A DNA stretch of 64,000 nt from positions 1 to 64,000 of the forward strand of contig MNCI01002249.1 of the NCBI GenBank assembly GCA_015680685.1, given 5' to 3'. Made by a program: the position numbers and the translations under genes. Below, in pieces: positions 24,118 through 37,800 of the stretch. This DNA is from Gnetum montanum. Taxonomy: Eukaryota > Plantae > Gnetophyta. The notes beneath the pieces were generated by a model. It did no database searches. It worked only from the letters and a program-made list of their open reading frames with translations, and was not told the DNA's origin. Each line of letters starts with the position of its first letter. Positions within the stretch are counted from its first letter, which is position 1.

Positions 24118-26068
24118 TGGGGTACAACACATTTGCATAGGATTAGCATTTCACATCACAATTTTCACAGGTCTAACATCAGCATGTTTTTGCAAGTTTA
24201 GCTTCAATGCAGTGTGCATTATTAGCATTGTTACATTTCGCAAGTTTAACATTATGCATAGTTGCAAAATTTTAGCAATTTTTTTCTAACTTTAGAGTGC
24301 CTTAGTGGAGAGTGTAGTCTAGGAAGAAGGAAAAAAATTTTCTAACTCTAGGAAGATCCCAACTATGCTCTAAAATGTGGAGAGCGTAGTCACAAACTAA
24401 AAAAATATCTAACTCTTGATTATGCTCTCTACAGAGTGTACTTTCAAAAAAATAACTTTTGAGTAGATGTCACTTTTTCAAATAGTTGATGTCAACTACA
24501 CCTTCAAGGCATGGGGAGCATAGTCCTAGCTACCAACTATAAGGAGCAAAGTCTCAACTACTACCCAACACTCTCTGCATACTATGCCCTACCATGGCAC
24601 CATGCATTGCCCCACACCCACCATGCCTTGCATGTAGTGCCTTATTGTGGCATCATGCACCTTGCCCACTACACCCTGCACATCCTACTATGTCATTATG
24701 TGAGTTCTACATTCATGCCCACTACCCTTTGGATGACACGCCTATACCTTGCCCCATCACTACCCCTATAGCCCCTATGACCCTCACGGCCACATTGTTG
24801 GACATAATGTACCTCACGTCCCTCATGCTTCTTATGGCCCTCATGACCCTCACCGCTCCCTATACCAAAAACATACAATTTCTTTTTTTCCAAAAGAGGG
24901 AATGTAGAAATGAACCCTTGCACACCCCAAAAGAAAAAAAATGAAGTGTCAATGCTTTGGCATCAATTGCAACCACAACCACATCCCCCATGGCCATGCT
25001 ATGGGAAAGGGCCCATGGTTAATCCCAAACCCCGCCAAAAATACAATCTTTATAGGCAAAAAAATGATGACACAGACACATGTCCTTTGCCCTTAGCCAT
25101 GGCCATGGCCCCTATGGCTCTACCATGAGAATGTAGCCTATGTTTGGCCCCAATTCCACCAACCCCCAAAAAAAAGAAAAAAAATCGATAGTAGTATCCC
25201 ACAAAAAACCCCCACATGTAGAGAAAAATCCCATGGCCTCATCGCACAAAACCCTCCACGATTGTGCATGCCCTCCTTAGCCACAGTGGCCAAAATGGCC
25301 CACAATGATGGTTGCCCCTACCATGGCAAGGCATGCCAAAAACTATGCTCCTAAATCCCCAACCCCCATAGGCGAAATAGCAAAAACAAATAAAGTAGAA
25401 AATAGCAAAAGAGGAGAGCATAGTTGGGGTACTTGGTAGACACTAATGGCCACCTCTCTTCCACACATGCTTAAGGTAGGTGGCCCAGTGCTTGCTCCCC
25501 CTTGTCCATGTTTGCCAGTCCTGGGTGTAAGTGTCCACTTTGCTACATCATCCTAGTCCAACTACACTCTTGACTAGCAATAAAAAACAATAGTAATGAT
25601 AAGACTATGCTCTAAACTTCACATTTGAAAACTTGAAAAATGACAACTTACCCATGGTAAAACATGACTATATACCTTACTGGGATGATTTAATGACCCA
25701 CCAACCTAAGACTGTGCTTCACACTTAGCCAAAATTTTTACTTTTTGGTGAGAGCATAGTTACCTATACTTGACAAAATTTTCAACCTTTTGTTACCTAG
25801 TGAATGCTTGATCCAATTCCACTTCTCATGCATGATCAACCTTCCCTGGAATGGCATGTCTGGCACGTCTACAGTCAGCTAAGACCTAAAACTAGCATGC
25901 ATAGCCTGCTGAGGCCTAAAATTAGCACACACACTTGCTTACCCTTCTTTATAGCCTCCATTACATAGGCAAATTTTCATCACATTGCATTTCATTCATC
26001 TATGCATATTAATTTGGTTAAGATAGGTACCACTTAACATCTTACTAGTTTTTTTTGCAAGAATATGA

Positions 26069-29000
26069 CATGGCCATACTTGATTATTTTCTCTCACCTC
26101 TAGTCCTCATGGGACCTCATGGCGATATTGAGTGATTCATTGACCCACATTGCCTAAATCTTGAGCCTACAACCTACGTCGAATACATAGCATTCATAGA
26201 GACACCACTAGATTAGCCCAACCATCTAGTCAAGGTTCTCGATCTAGAGGTAGGGGACATCACAAAGGATCTCCTTGTTGGGATCCCTATGGCTACACCT
26301 AATGGTAAAGTGAGAACACTAAAACTGAGCTCCTCGCTAGATCCCTAACATGCCCAAGACATCGCTAAGGTGTTAAATAATAACATTAAAGCACTTGCAT
26401 GGTCGTATGAGGACATGTTGGGCCTAGACCATTGGCTAGTCTAGCACAATATTATCCTCAATCCCTGCATTAAGCTAGTAAAATAGAAAACATGTAAGGT
26501 TTGACCTAAGGTGGCATTAGTCATCCACGATGAAATCACCAAACTTTATAAAATTGGTTTCATCCATGAAATTGACTATGCAGACTGGGTCTCCAACATC
26601 ATAGTTGTGCCCAAGAAAAATGGAAGTATATGCATTTGCATAGACTTCTAGAAGCTAAATAAGGCAACCATCAAAGATGACTTCCCACTACCTAGTATTG
26701 ATCAATTCATTGATACCACAGCTAAACATGCCTTGTTATCCTTTATGGATGGGTTCTTGGGCTACAACCAAATTAGGAACAACCCTAAGCACTAACTTAG
26801 CATAATCTTTATGACCCCCTGGGGTACATTTTACTATACCATGATGCCTCTTGAACTCAAGAATGCAAAAGCAACATATCAATGCATAATGACATACATC
26901 TTTAGTGATTACATGCTAAGTTTGCTCAACAACTACATCAATGACATAGTAGTTATGTAAAAAGTGGCTCATGACCATGCAAATGATCTAGACATAGTGT
27001 TTAAACGTTGCTGAAAACACGATCTTAGGTTAAATCCCAAGAAGTTTGTTTTTGGTGTCAAGAAAGACCATATGCTTTATTTTGTAGTATCTGAAGCAAG
27101 AATACACGTAGACCCTGACAAAGTTAAGGCCATAACTAATTTAGCACCGTTGGCCAACCTTAAAGTGCTACAAGGATTACAAGGTCGATTGTAGTTCATA
27201 CATAGGTTTATTACCTGGTTAACCAATCAGTTACAGCCAATGCAACATCTGCTCAAGAAAGGAGCCTAGTTCGAGTGGATGGCTCAATTCCAACAAGCAT
27301 TCAACAATCTTAAGTAAGAGTTGGCACAACTTCCTATAGTTCACCCTCCATAAGGAGATAAACCCTTTTACATCTACCTTGCCACTTTTGACACGTCCAT
27401 CGCTTCTCTACTTTACCAAAAGCAAGATGATGGCACAAACGTCTCAATTTACTACATAAGACATGCATTAGTAGCCCATGAAGCAAAATACAATGATGTA
27501 GAAAAGCACTGCCTCACCTTAGTCTTCTCACTCAAGAAGTGGAGGCACTACCTTTTCCACAGTCAAGTCAATATCATTTGCAAAAATAATGTACTCTAAG
27601 AAATTACAATGAACATCTACGAAAGTAATCATATTGCATGATGGAAAGCAATAACAGTGGAGTTTGACTTACATTACATTACACAAGCCTCAACAAAAGT
27701 TCAAGCTATAGTTGCACAACTTACGATTTCTCCAGTCAATGATCAAGCAACAATAGACCCTGAATTCTCAAATGAGCACATTAGTAGCATTATTTAAGTG
27801 CCTGACAACTATGAGGCACTTTTGTATTTTGATAGAGCTTTAACCTCTCAAGGGGGTAACATCGCTATCATTATCATGTTTTCCTCTAGGGAGATCCAAC
27901 CCTTCGCATATCATTTTGCATTCCCTTACACTAACAACATGGTGGAATATGAAGGTCTCCTCCAAGGCATCCTTACAACATGTGACCTAGGGGACCCAAC
28001 ACCTAGCAATTCGAGGTGACTGACAATTGGTGGTCAACTAGGTGATAGATGTTTATGCCTACATAGCCCAACATTTATAGCCTTACAATGACTTGGCAAA
28101 GCACTTGCTTCAATAGTTTGTAATAGTAGATGTCCAACACATTCCTTGGACCAAAAATGCCATTGCTGACACATTAGCAACATTAGCCATAAGCATTACA
28201 CTCGACATGTTTCATGCATTGTCCACCTTAGTGGTGGATTGCACCATGCCTATCACACAAACCACTAATATTGCATCCATAGCCAAAGTAAGAACAACCC
28301 ATGAAAGAGAATGATATCATGACATCAAGGTGTACCTTCCACATGGTGAGCCTCTGCAGCCATTTAACTACCACTCAAAAGGATGCAGTGCATAAACATT
28401 TATGGTAGTACGTCATTGTAGGTGATAACATGTTATGTCATAGATCCTACGATGGCATATTGCTAACCTACATAAGCAACAACAAAGTGCAAGTAATCAT
28501 CGAATAAGTCCATGAGGAACTATGTAAAGGTCATATAGCACCTAGGGAAATGGTAGTGAAAATCATATGATTAAGCTATTATTAGCCTTACATGGAGTGT
28601 GATTACATCTCAAAGGTCAAAACATGCGACATGTGTCAATGGCATAGCAACTTAATGCACATGCCACTGACTGAACTACACACAATGTGGATCACATGGC
28701 CATTCCAACGTTGGGGCTTGGACATCATTAGACCAATAATGCCTAAGTCTTTAATAAGGCATAGCTTCATAATAACTACAACTACATATTTCACCAAGTG
28801 GGTTGAGGCTATTTCCCTTAGGAAGACAACATCACAGCAGGTTTGCAAATTTGTTCTTGATAACATAGTGACTCGTTTAAGCTTACCCATAACCATAGTA
28901 ACAAGCAATGGGCCACAATTTAGCAGTGTTGAAACTAAAGCCTTTTGTGAGTGCTTTGGCATCAAGAATTCCTTCTTGTTTTTGTACTACCCTTAGGTGA

Positions 29001-29560
29001 ATGGCCAAGTGAAGGCCATTAACAAAGCCATCTTCAATCTTCCTAAGAAGATGCTAAGCAATAGCAAATGATGATGGCACAAGCAACTATTCTATGCACT
29101 CTGGGCCTACCACATAACATGTTGAATAGTGACAAGTAAGATGCCTTATAGTGTTGTCTACAGGTTTGAAATAATTTTTCCCTTTGAATTACAGGTTCCA
29201 TTACTTTGGGTGATCCTCTTGAACTTCATTAATGAAGCTCAGAACAATGGGTTGAGGATTGTAAACCTCAACTCAATAGAGGAGCACATGCAAACACTTT
29301 ATGGCATCAAATGGTATCAAGAAAAGTAACAACAAAAGCACCATCACAACTAACACTAGCACCCAATCAAGAGAGGGGACCTAGTCCTCGAGGCTATTCA
29401 TGAACCTATGAACAAATTCTCAGCTAACTGGAAAGGGCCTTCTTGGTCACTAAGACCTATGATAATGGAGGATTCAAGTCTGCTAAGTAAGATGACAATG
29501 AGTTTGCCAATCCAGTGAATCATTCATACCTGAAGTTGTATTATGCCAAGCATGTAGCAC
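26069..29560 (+). pseudogene. pol pseudogene of D: RT (~26390-27150), RNase H (~27350-27680), archaeal-type RNase H (~27800-28200), integrase (~28450-29550)
   Basis: WVSNIIVVPKKNG, LLSFMDGFLGYNQI (RT); LYFDRA...FPYTNNMVEYEGLLQG (aRH, a Tat hallmark); CDMCQ, WPFQRWGLDII, YFTKWVEA (INT). Confidence 0.92.
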
Positions 29561-30892
29561 CACACATCGATTCAACATGGTAAGCATTCGTTTGTTATGA
29601 CGTTAAATTGGAAAAAAATTTGTTCACTACAACATTAAACTAATACCCAAACCTCTCATCAGCTATGATGTTAAACTAGCACAGACCATCTACTATGATG
29701 TTAAACCAGCATGGCATGCATCTACCACAACACTAAACTGGCACAAACCATCCTTGCATCATGACATTAAACTAGCACAACAGCAAGTCTGCTATGACTA
29801 GTTTGGCCTTTAGAGCATTCACAACAGCACTTACAACTAGTTTGGCCTTTAGAGCATTCACAACATTATTTCCCCTAGCATTTTGTTTGCATTTCATGTT
29901 TTGTGTTTTTCTTATCTTCTTGGAGTTGTGTTTGTAGAATGAAGCCCCAAGTTGTTGTGTAGAGATGCACCTCATTGTAGCAGCAAGTCACCATAGCACT
30001 TAGATATGCACAATTGGACTAGCTAAGTTGCTCAAGAGTGCGCATTCCCTCCTATTTTGTTATAGCCTACCGACATCCACTCCCACATTCCAATACTCTC
30101 TTGTTTTTCACATAGTCAAGATTATAATCCCTTAATGCTCACAAGCTATGACCACATGGCACCTTCTTCACATATAACATCTTTGCATATCGCATCACAA
30201 ACCATAGAACCCAAGGTGGACATAACATAATTTTTTCCATGGGGAGCCTCTATCGGTTGGTTAAAGCCCAGGGAGATGTAACACAAGTCATCCTAGGGAG
30301 AAAACACCTATTCCATAAATGCGATGCAGTTTCACAAGCATCAAAGTAAAGACCATCTAGTAGCACACAGTCCACTTGATGAAAAGCATCCTGCAATTAG
30401 CAATTAGCAAAGTGTAGAACCCAAAGCAGGTTCACTCCATAGTTAGAAAAGCAAACGAAAAAGAAAAAATAGAAAATAGAAAAAAAAAATAAAAAGGAAA
30501 CAAGGGGACAAAGCACGTCCCCAATCAATCTAAAAGAGCAGTAATTTTGGAACTAATTAGGCCCGAAATCCACACTAACTCTCTCATGAGCACTCTGACA
30601 AGAGGTCAATGTTTTTAGGGGCAAGCCACTCTAGTGTCATGGTCACCACCAACTATGATGTCTTTGCATCCTAATACTCTATTTTCATCTAATCTTTCAT
30701 TTCTATCCCTAGCACATTACCTACACCTTTTACTCCCAACATATCACTATCCATAACACTCTTCAGCATGGTGCAGCAACATTAGATCAAATACTTAAGA
30801 GCGATGTTGGTGCCAAGCCTACTATGGTGTTTTGTGGTTCTTTGTCGATGTCTCTCAAGCCACTCCTCCAAATGTCAACAAAGAGGGGTTAA

Positions 30893-32572
30893 TGAAACAC
30901 CACCAAATTCGGGCTACAACTTCTCAATTGCAAATTTGTTTAAGTGTCAACACAAGGAAAATTTTCTCTAAGTGTTGAAACTATGCTCTCCACTATCATA
31001 GCGCTTAGTCAACTAGTGGAGAGTGTAGTCAGCTCCAAAAATTGATTTTTTTCTTTTTTGCAATTTTTCCTAAGTTTCATCATAAATAAAAAGCTACAAA
31101 ATTTTCTAAGTGTTGGGACTATGCTCTCCACTACCTCAGAGCATAGTTAGCTTAGTAGAAAGTGTAGTCAACACCAAAGGCTAGTTTTGTAAAACTTTCT
31201 ATGTGTTAAGCTAGTAGCTATAGATTTTTCTAAGTGTTAAGACTACACTCTCTATAGCCCTAGAGCATAGTCAAGTGTAGTTAGCATGGAAGACCTAGTG
31301 TTGAGACTACGCTCTCCACTAGATAGGACCGAAGTTAAGCATAGTCAACTGGAAGCCAAATTTTACAAAAAATTTCTAAGTGTTAGAACTACACTTGACC
31401 CTAGTTGGGAGTATAGTCAACCTCTCGTGGAGAGCGTAGTTAGCACACAGCCACTTTCTACAAAAATTTTCTCTAAGTGTTCTAACTATGCTCTCCCCCA
31501 GTCTAGAGCATAGTTGAGCATAGTTAGTTAGAATAGCCTCCAAGGATCTTCATAATGTAGCACGAGCATTCAGCTCATCTTCAACACACCTCTAGCAATC
31601 ATAGTTAGCAATGCACCTTTGTTGTACCCCTTTTTGTCCCAAAATTGTAACTATGCTTGACCCACTTAAGATAGTGGATAGGGTAGTCTCCAAAGTTTCA
31701 TTTTTTTAAGTGCATTGTAATCTTTTTAACACATGCACAAGTAGTTAGTAGTGTAGTCATAGTTTTGTAGTCTTGCAAGTTCTATCAAAATAGAGTAGAG
31801 CATAATACCCCTTGCCTTAGTGGAGAGCATAGTTCAATGCAACGTAGTCCCAACCATCCCACTGCCATGTGGTAGCTAATTTCCATTCACACTAACCCTA
31901 GCCCTATAAATATCCCAACTCTCAACGTTTTACGGGTTGGTAAAATTTGGAGGTTAGAAAATTTGAAAGTTGACATTCTTGAAGTGCATTTGGCATTTTT
32001 AGTAAGGTAAGGCATTTGCACATCATAGTAGCTTACTACAGGATATTGCAGACCACCACAATCCACTGCACACCATGATGACCAACTTGGTAGGCACAAA
32101 CATCATGGTAGAACATTAGTCTTTGTAGCCAGACACCCTGAGACTATGACTACGCTATCCACTATGCCTACTATACATCATGTACCTTCTCATCCCTTTT
32201 GAAGTTAACTACACTCAACCCCATTTGGGGTGGTGCTGCTTTCTCTCTCACTCTCTCCCTATGCATTTTCAACATTTTTACTCATATTTTGGCATTTTAT
32301 TTGTATTTTTGGTTATTTTTACATACTGAAATGTGTTGACACCTTCATTTTTCACTGAAAACCTTAACTATGCTCACCCCTATTAACACCACAAACACCG
32401 CTTGACACTTAGCATTGTTTGGCATTGCATTTGGTAAGTCCCTATTTGATCGACAAGAACATCTTAGGCATCCTATCTCTACCTCCAACAGGCCCTCACA
32501 TGAACACGAGGTTAGAACTATGCACCTATAGACCCCTCATTGTTCCAACCACCAACATTTTTGATTGCTACA
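30893..32572 (+). repeat. 3' LTR of D
   Basis: Homologous to 13816-15512. Confidence 0.9.
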
Positions 32573-34859
32573 GAGCTAGCTATGATATTGCTTTACTACT
32601 AGGTTACTTGGGGATATGCTTTTCCCTTTTTTCTTTTTTTCTTATTTTATTTTTGATATTTTTTTTTGTTTCTATAGGCCAAACCTTCTTTGGATTCTAC
32701 ACATTGCTAAATGCTAACTACAAGGTTCTTTCCATCAAGTGGACTATGTGCCAATGGATGGGCTTTGTGTTGCAAAACTGCACTACATCTATAGGATAGG
32801 TGTTTCCTCCCCATGATGACTTGTGTTACACTTGCCTGGGCTTTGATTAGCTAATAGAGGCTTCCCATGGAATGACCTATGTTACATCTACCTTGGGAAG
32901 CTTAGTGTGATGCAATATGCAAAGAGGATGCGGTGGGGTCATAGCTCATGAGTGTCAAGGGATTTGCAAGCTTTTCTATGTGGGGAATGAAAAAGTATTG
33001 GGATGTAGGAGTGGATGTGAGTAGGCTATAATAGGATAGGCGGAATACACACTCTTGAGAGGCTCAACTAGTCCAATTGTGCACATCTAAGCACTATGGT
33101 GACTTGCTATTGCGATGAGATGCACCTTTGTACAATGACCTAGGGCTTCGTCCTAAAAACACAACTTAAAGAAGACAATAGAACCACACCAAACACAAAA
33201 GAAATGCTAATAAATTACAAGGGATGATCATGCTACAAGTGGTCCAAAGGCTACGATGGTGGCAAGAGCTTAAAAAATTAGTAAAATAATAAGCAACACT
33301 GATGTTACAAGTGCTCCAAAGGCTACATTGGTGACAAGAGCTCAAAAAATTAGTAAAATGGCAATGGGCCATGATGCTAAAAGTGCTCCAAAGGTTTTGC
33401 TAGTGGTAAGAGCTCAAAAAATCAATTAAATTATGGGGGGCCATGATGTTGCAAGTGCTTCCAAGACTACACTACTTGCAAATGCTTTGTTCTAGAACTA
33501 CAGTATGCCTGCCCATGTGCTATAGAAAAGAGTAGGGGGGGGGGGGAGAGAGGGGGGGGAGGAGTTAGAGTTATACTCACTTGCTTACTTGTAGAATTAT
33601 GTGTGATTGACTACAAACCTAGTTTAAGGTCCTAGTAGAGCTGTGTGATGCTAGTTTATAGTCCTAGTGGACTACTGTGTGCTAGTTTAACATCATAGTG
33701 GATGTGATACTATCCCAGTTTACTATCATGGCGAACTGCTATGTGTCAATTCAAAGTCATAGTAGACATACTATGCCAATTTAAATTGATAACAGACATA
33801 TGTTGTTGTGCCAGTTTAACATCATGGCCCAAGGATGAGTTGTGCCAATTTAGCATCATGGCAAATGTATGCTATGCCAGTTTAGTGTCATAGTGGACGT
33901 ATGCTATGCTATTTTAACATCGTAGTGGATGAATGCTTACCTTGTTGGATTGATATGTGATGCTACATGCTAGGCGTAATACGGCTTCATGTACAAATGG
34001 TTCACTGGATTGGCAAACTCATTTTCGTCAACAATCTTGAATGCTCCATTTTCATAGGCCTTGATAACCAAAGGCAAGAAGATCTACTTGTACATAGCTA
34101 TGTCATGTTCATGCAAAACAAACCAACAAAACATCAAGCAACACCTATTTTACAAAGTTAATATGCACAAATGGAAAAACTAATGTAGTGAAGTTTGCCT
34201 AAGTATGCATGCAAGTTGCTATGGAGGTAAGCATGTTTGTGCCAGTTCTAGGCCTCGATGAGCCATATGTGTGCCAGTTTTACGTCTTAATGGACTACAA
34301 GAACAAAATTAAAAGCAATAGTTTTAGGCCATCCCAAGCCACAGTGGTAGTTTAAGGCCATTTTGGGCCCCTTATATTGCTAGTTTAAGGCCATCCCAGG
34401 CCACGATGATAGTTTAAGGCTATTTTGGGCCATGTATGTTGCATGTGTTGCTAGTTTAAGGTCATCTTAGGCCACACATTGCTAGTTTAAGGCCATGGAA
34501 AGCTGCACTATTGCTAGTTTAAGGCCAGGATAGGCCACACATCACCAATTTAAGGCCATGGTGGGCTATCTATTACTACCTCTTGTTTTTGTAATGTTAG
34601 CTTTTATGATTTTTGTGCATTTTTATGTTTTTTATGCATGAAGGCAAATGCATTAAAGAAACATTGGCAAAAATGTAAACTAAGCTATTGAATGCATACA
34701 TGATGCAGATGGTAAGCTAAGAAATTAAATTAAATGCAAATAATATGCTATAGTGCTAATGCAACATAAATGGAGAGCAAGATGTAGGATGTAGGGAAGT
34801 GAATAGTGTGCAAGTTCCTAGCACACTTTCGGACTAAGGGGATGCCTTAGTCATGTAGT

Positions 34860-37800
34860 TGCTTCCTAACTTGATGTGGATTAGGAGGTGCATAGGGCCT
34901 AGATTACACTATTTAGTAATCTCCTTGGCCCTTTCTCACTATGTTGAATGGCAATTCTACCCACAAGGCATCCTTTGGGAGGTCAGCAGCTTCTACCTCC
35001 TCTTTGGGTGCATCAACCTCATGTGTTTTGTTGTCTATTGAAGGTGTGTCATTGGGAAATTTGACCTTAATCCTTGCTCCATGTCTATGTTGTTGATAGT
35101 TAGAGGGGTAGCATTATCATCGTGGATGATAACTTCACCACCATACAGAAGGTGGATTTCTTGATGAATTGAGAAGGAGATAGCCCATAACTGGGCCAAC
35201 CAAGGCTTGCCCAATACTAAGTTGAATCTTGGCATCTCCTCTATGATGATGAATTTGGTGGTGATGGGGAATTGCTCCCTTACCATGAAGGCTATGGTTA
35301 CCATCCCCCTAATAGTGACACATGCTCCATTGAAGGATTTCAGGCACGTGGCTTTCATTAGCCTAATTTGATCTATCAGGCCTAGAGTATCAATGATAAT
35401 GTACGGTATTATGTTTATTACCACATTGTCATCAATGTGCATCCTGCAGATCCTGCATTTCCTAACACATATGGTGATGAACATGGGGGCTATTATGACC
35501 TCCCTTGCTCAGGGTTGACCTTGATTACTTCATCACCAAATGTGAGGGGTATGAATCTTGATTCCTATAGCATAGGAGGTAACATCACAACATTGATGGA
35601 ATTCTATTCTACTATGATGTCCTCTATGATAGAAATGAAGGTCAACATCTGCACTAATGCTTCATGGCCTGCAGATGAGTTCATGATTAGGTCATAGAGG
35701 CTTAATGTTGTATTTTTCTACTTGAGCACTTGTTTAACCTAGGCCAGTGCATCTACAAAGTCTTTGCCATTGGCCATTTTGTTGGCCTTGACCTCCTCCA
35801 TGTGGCCTAAGAGATAAATCTCTCACAAAAGGGACTTGCCCTTGGTTTGCTTGGCCTATTTAGGAGCCTCAATGCTTAGTTGTGGTTTGTTGGTTATGGC
35901 ATTTTTAGTTGCTTCAGCCATAGGAACTGCAGGGACAAGGACCGACTTCAGCAGACCAAGTGCTTTTTGGTCTCATTGTTGCTTAGCCATTTCATCTACA
36001 AGGAGTCTGTTGGACCTCTTTTGTTGCCATCTATTAGGTCTACCCATGTCGTTGGTGGGGTTGGCCCTTGAACAAGAAGGGGACAATGCATTGCCCACTA
36101 CTAAGCTTTAAGTAGGTGAGAGGCCAACACATTATGGCATCCTAACAACAAACAGTGGCTAAGCAGTTGTTGTTGTGACATGCTATGGGACCCTAACCAT
36201 GAAGGATGTTGTGGGGTGCCTAAGGTGGCCCTCTAACAATAAAATGTGACCTTGAACTAATGGGGGCCAAGGGAACCCTTGCACTACTAGAGGGCACTTA
36301 GATCATAAAAGGCTGCTGCATTAGTTTTGACTTGCCACCCACATTGATGGTGTTTACGACATAGCTAGCACCATCTACATTTATAGGGTCATTGTACACC
36401 CCCATGGATTGGTTATAGGGCCTAACTAGGTTTACCATGTCAAGCACTATTTTGCTCGTACCTATCATCCTTTGTAGATCATCTTGCAAAGCTCTACAGA
36501 ACTCCATGCTATGACCAAACAACTAATGGTAATGATATAATTGGTCTAGCCTAAAGTGTTATTAGACCAAAGGCTCTTTTGGTACTACTAAGGTGGGATC
36601 CCTCAATAGCTTGCAATACCTATCATGCCTTTTATGGGCATCCTCAGACATTTGCTTATGTTGGATGCACTTGGCTTTCAATAGTTGATTTAGCAGCTCT
36701 ACAAGTTTTAGTGGTAATGGGATATAATTTGAGCAATCCTTGCACTCAAAGTTGGGCCTTTGTCCAACTTGTGTCCTGGCCACTAAAAATGTAGGTTGAT
36801 TGGTTTCCTAGGTACTAGAGTTGGTAACTTTGTAAGCCAAGGTTTTGGGTTGCCTAACCATCAACCCCTAGTTTGTTACTTTAGCCTATGTGGCTAACCT
36901 TACCATTATTACATTCTACTTTCTCACATGCTAGTTTTTTTAGGCCACATAGGCTAGGTCCTTACTAGATTTAGATACATCTTGTATGCTCTTAGTTTTT
37001 GTAAATTCTTGGCTTTAAGATTACAAGCCCAAGTAGTACAATTTTGACTTTATGAAATCATTAACTACACCCTTAAAGATGGCTAGAAGGTGCATCTCTA
37101 CTATTGGCTCTCAAATTTCATTCAATGAGGCACTCCAGCATTAGATGAATTTTTGCACAAATTCTAGGTCGCCTTGCTTAATCTACATCAGCTAGTCTAG
37201 GTTAGTTTCAAGTTTCAAGTTGTACTTGAAGCATGTCATAAACTAGCTCAAAAGATCCTCTAAAAAGGAGATATAGCCCTTAGGTAACGCATGGTACCAA
37301 TCTAGTGCCTTACCAGTGAGTGACATGGAAAGCACACATATGATGGCATGTGGCCATGCTTGCAATAGTAGGCACTTAGACTTGAACGTCATCAAGTATG
37401 TGTGGGGGTCCCCTTCACCATTGTACTTAGTGAATTGGGACAACAAGATCCTAGTTGGCAAAGTCAGCAATGGGACAACAAGACTTATGGGATCATCCTA
37501 GTAGAATTCCACTACCTTAACTATTTTATAAGAGGCAACCTTGAGCCACTTCAGCTCCTTTGTCAATGTTTAGATCAATTGGAATTCCTAATCTAATTTT
37601 TGGGATGTTGTAGCAAGCTGCAATGGTTGTGCTACCCATTGTGCTAGTTGTGTGGTCCATGACCTAGTTGTAGGTTGTGGGACCATGTGAGGTACTTGCT
37701 ATGTTGGTTGTATTATGGGCATAGTGACTAGCGCAATCCATGCATGTGTGAAATGGACCACTACCAAAGGTACCAACAAAATAGGTAGGACATAAGGTGC

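Larger units (their letters stand above)
13816..32572 (+). mobile_element. Element D: decayed full-size Tat-lineage element (RT-RH-aRH-INT order), 18.8 kb, nested in the 3' UTR of C
   Basis: LTRs 13816-15512 and 30893-32572 (TGAAACACCAC...TACA). TSD AAGCA/GAGCT matches only 3/5, but removing D plus 5 bp makes C's flanks align without gaps to D's own 3' UTR (reverse complement of 30515-30575). PPT AAAGAGGGG ~30880-30888. Confidence 0.92.

Noticed and set aside
24511-24944. His/Pro-rich ORFs on both strands
   Set aside because: Low-complexity C-rich sequence; I could not link it by splicing to the antisense gene.
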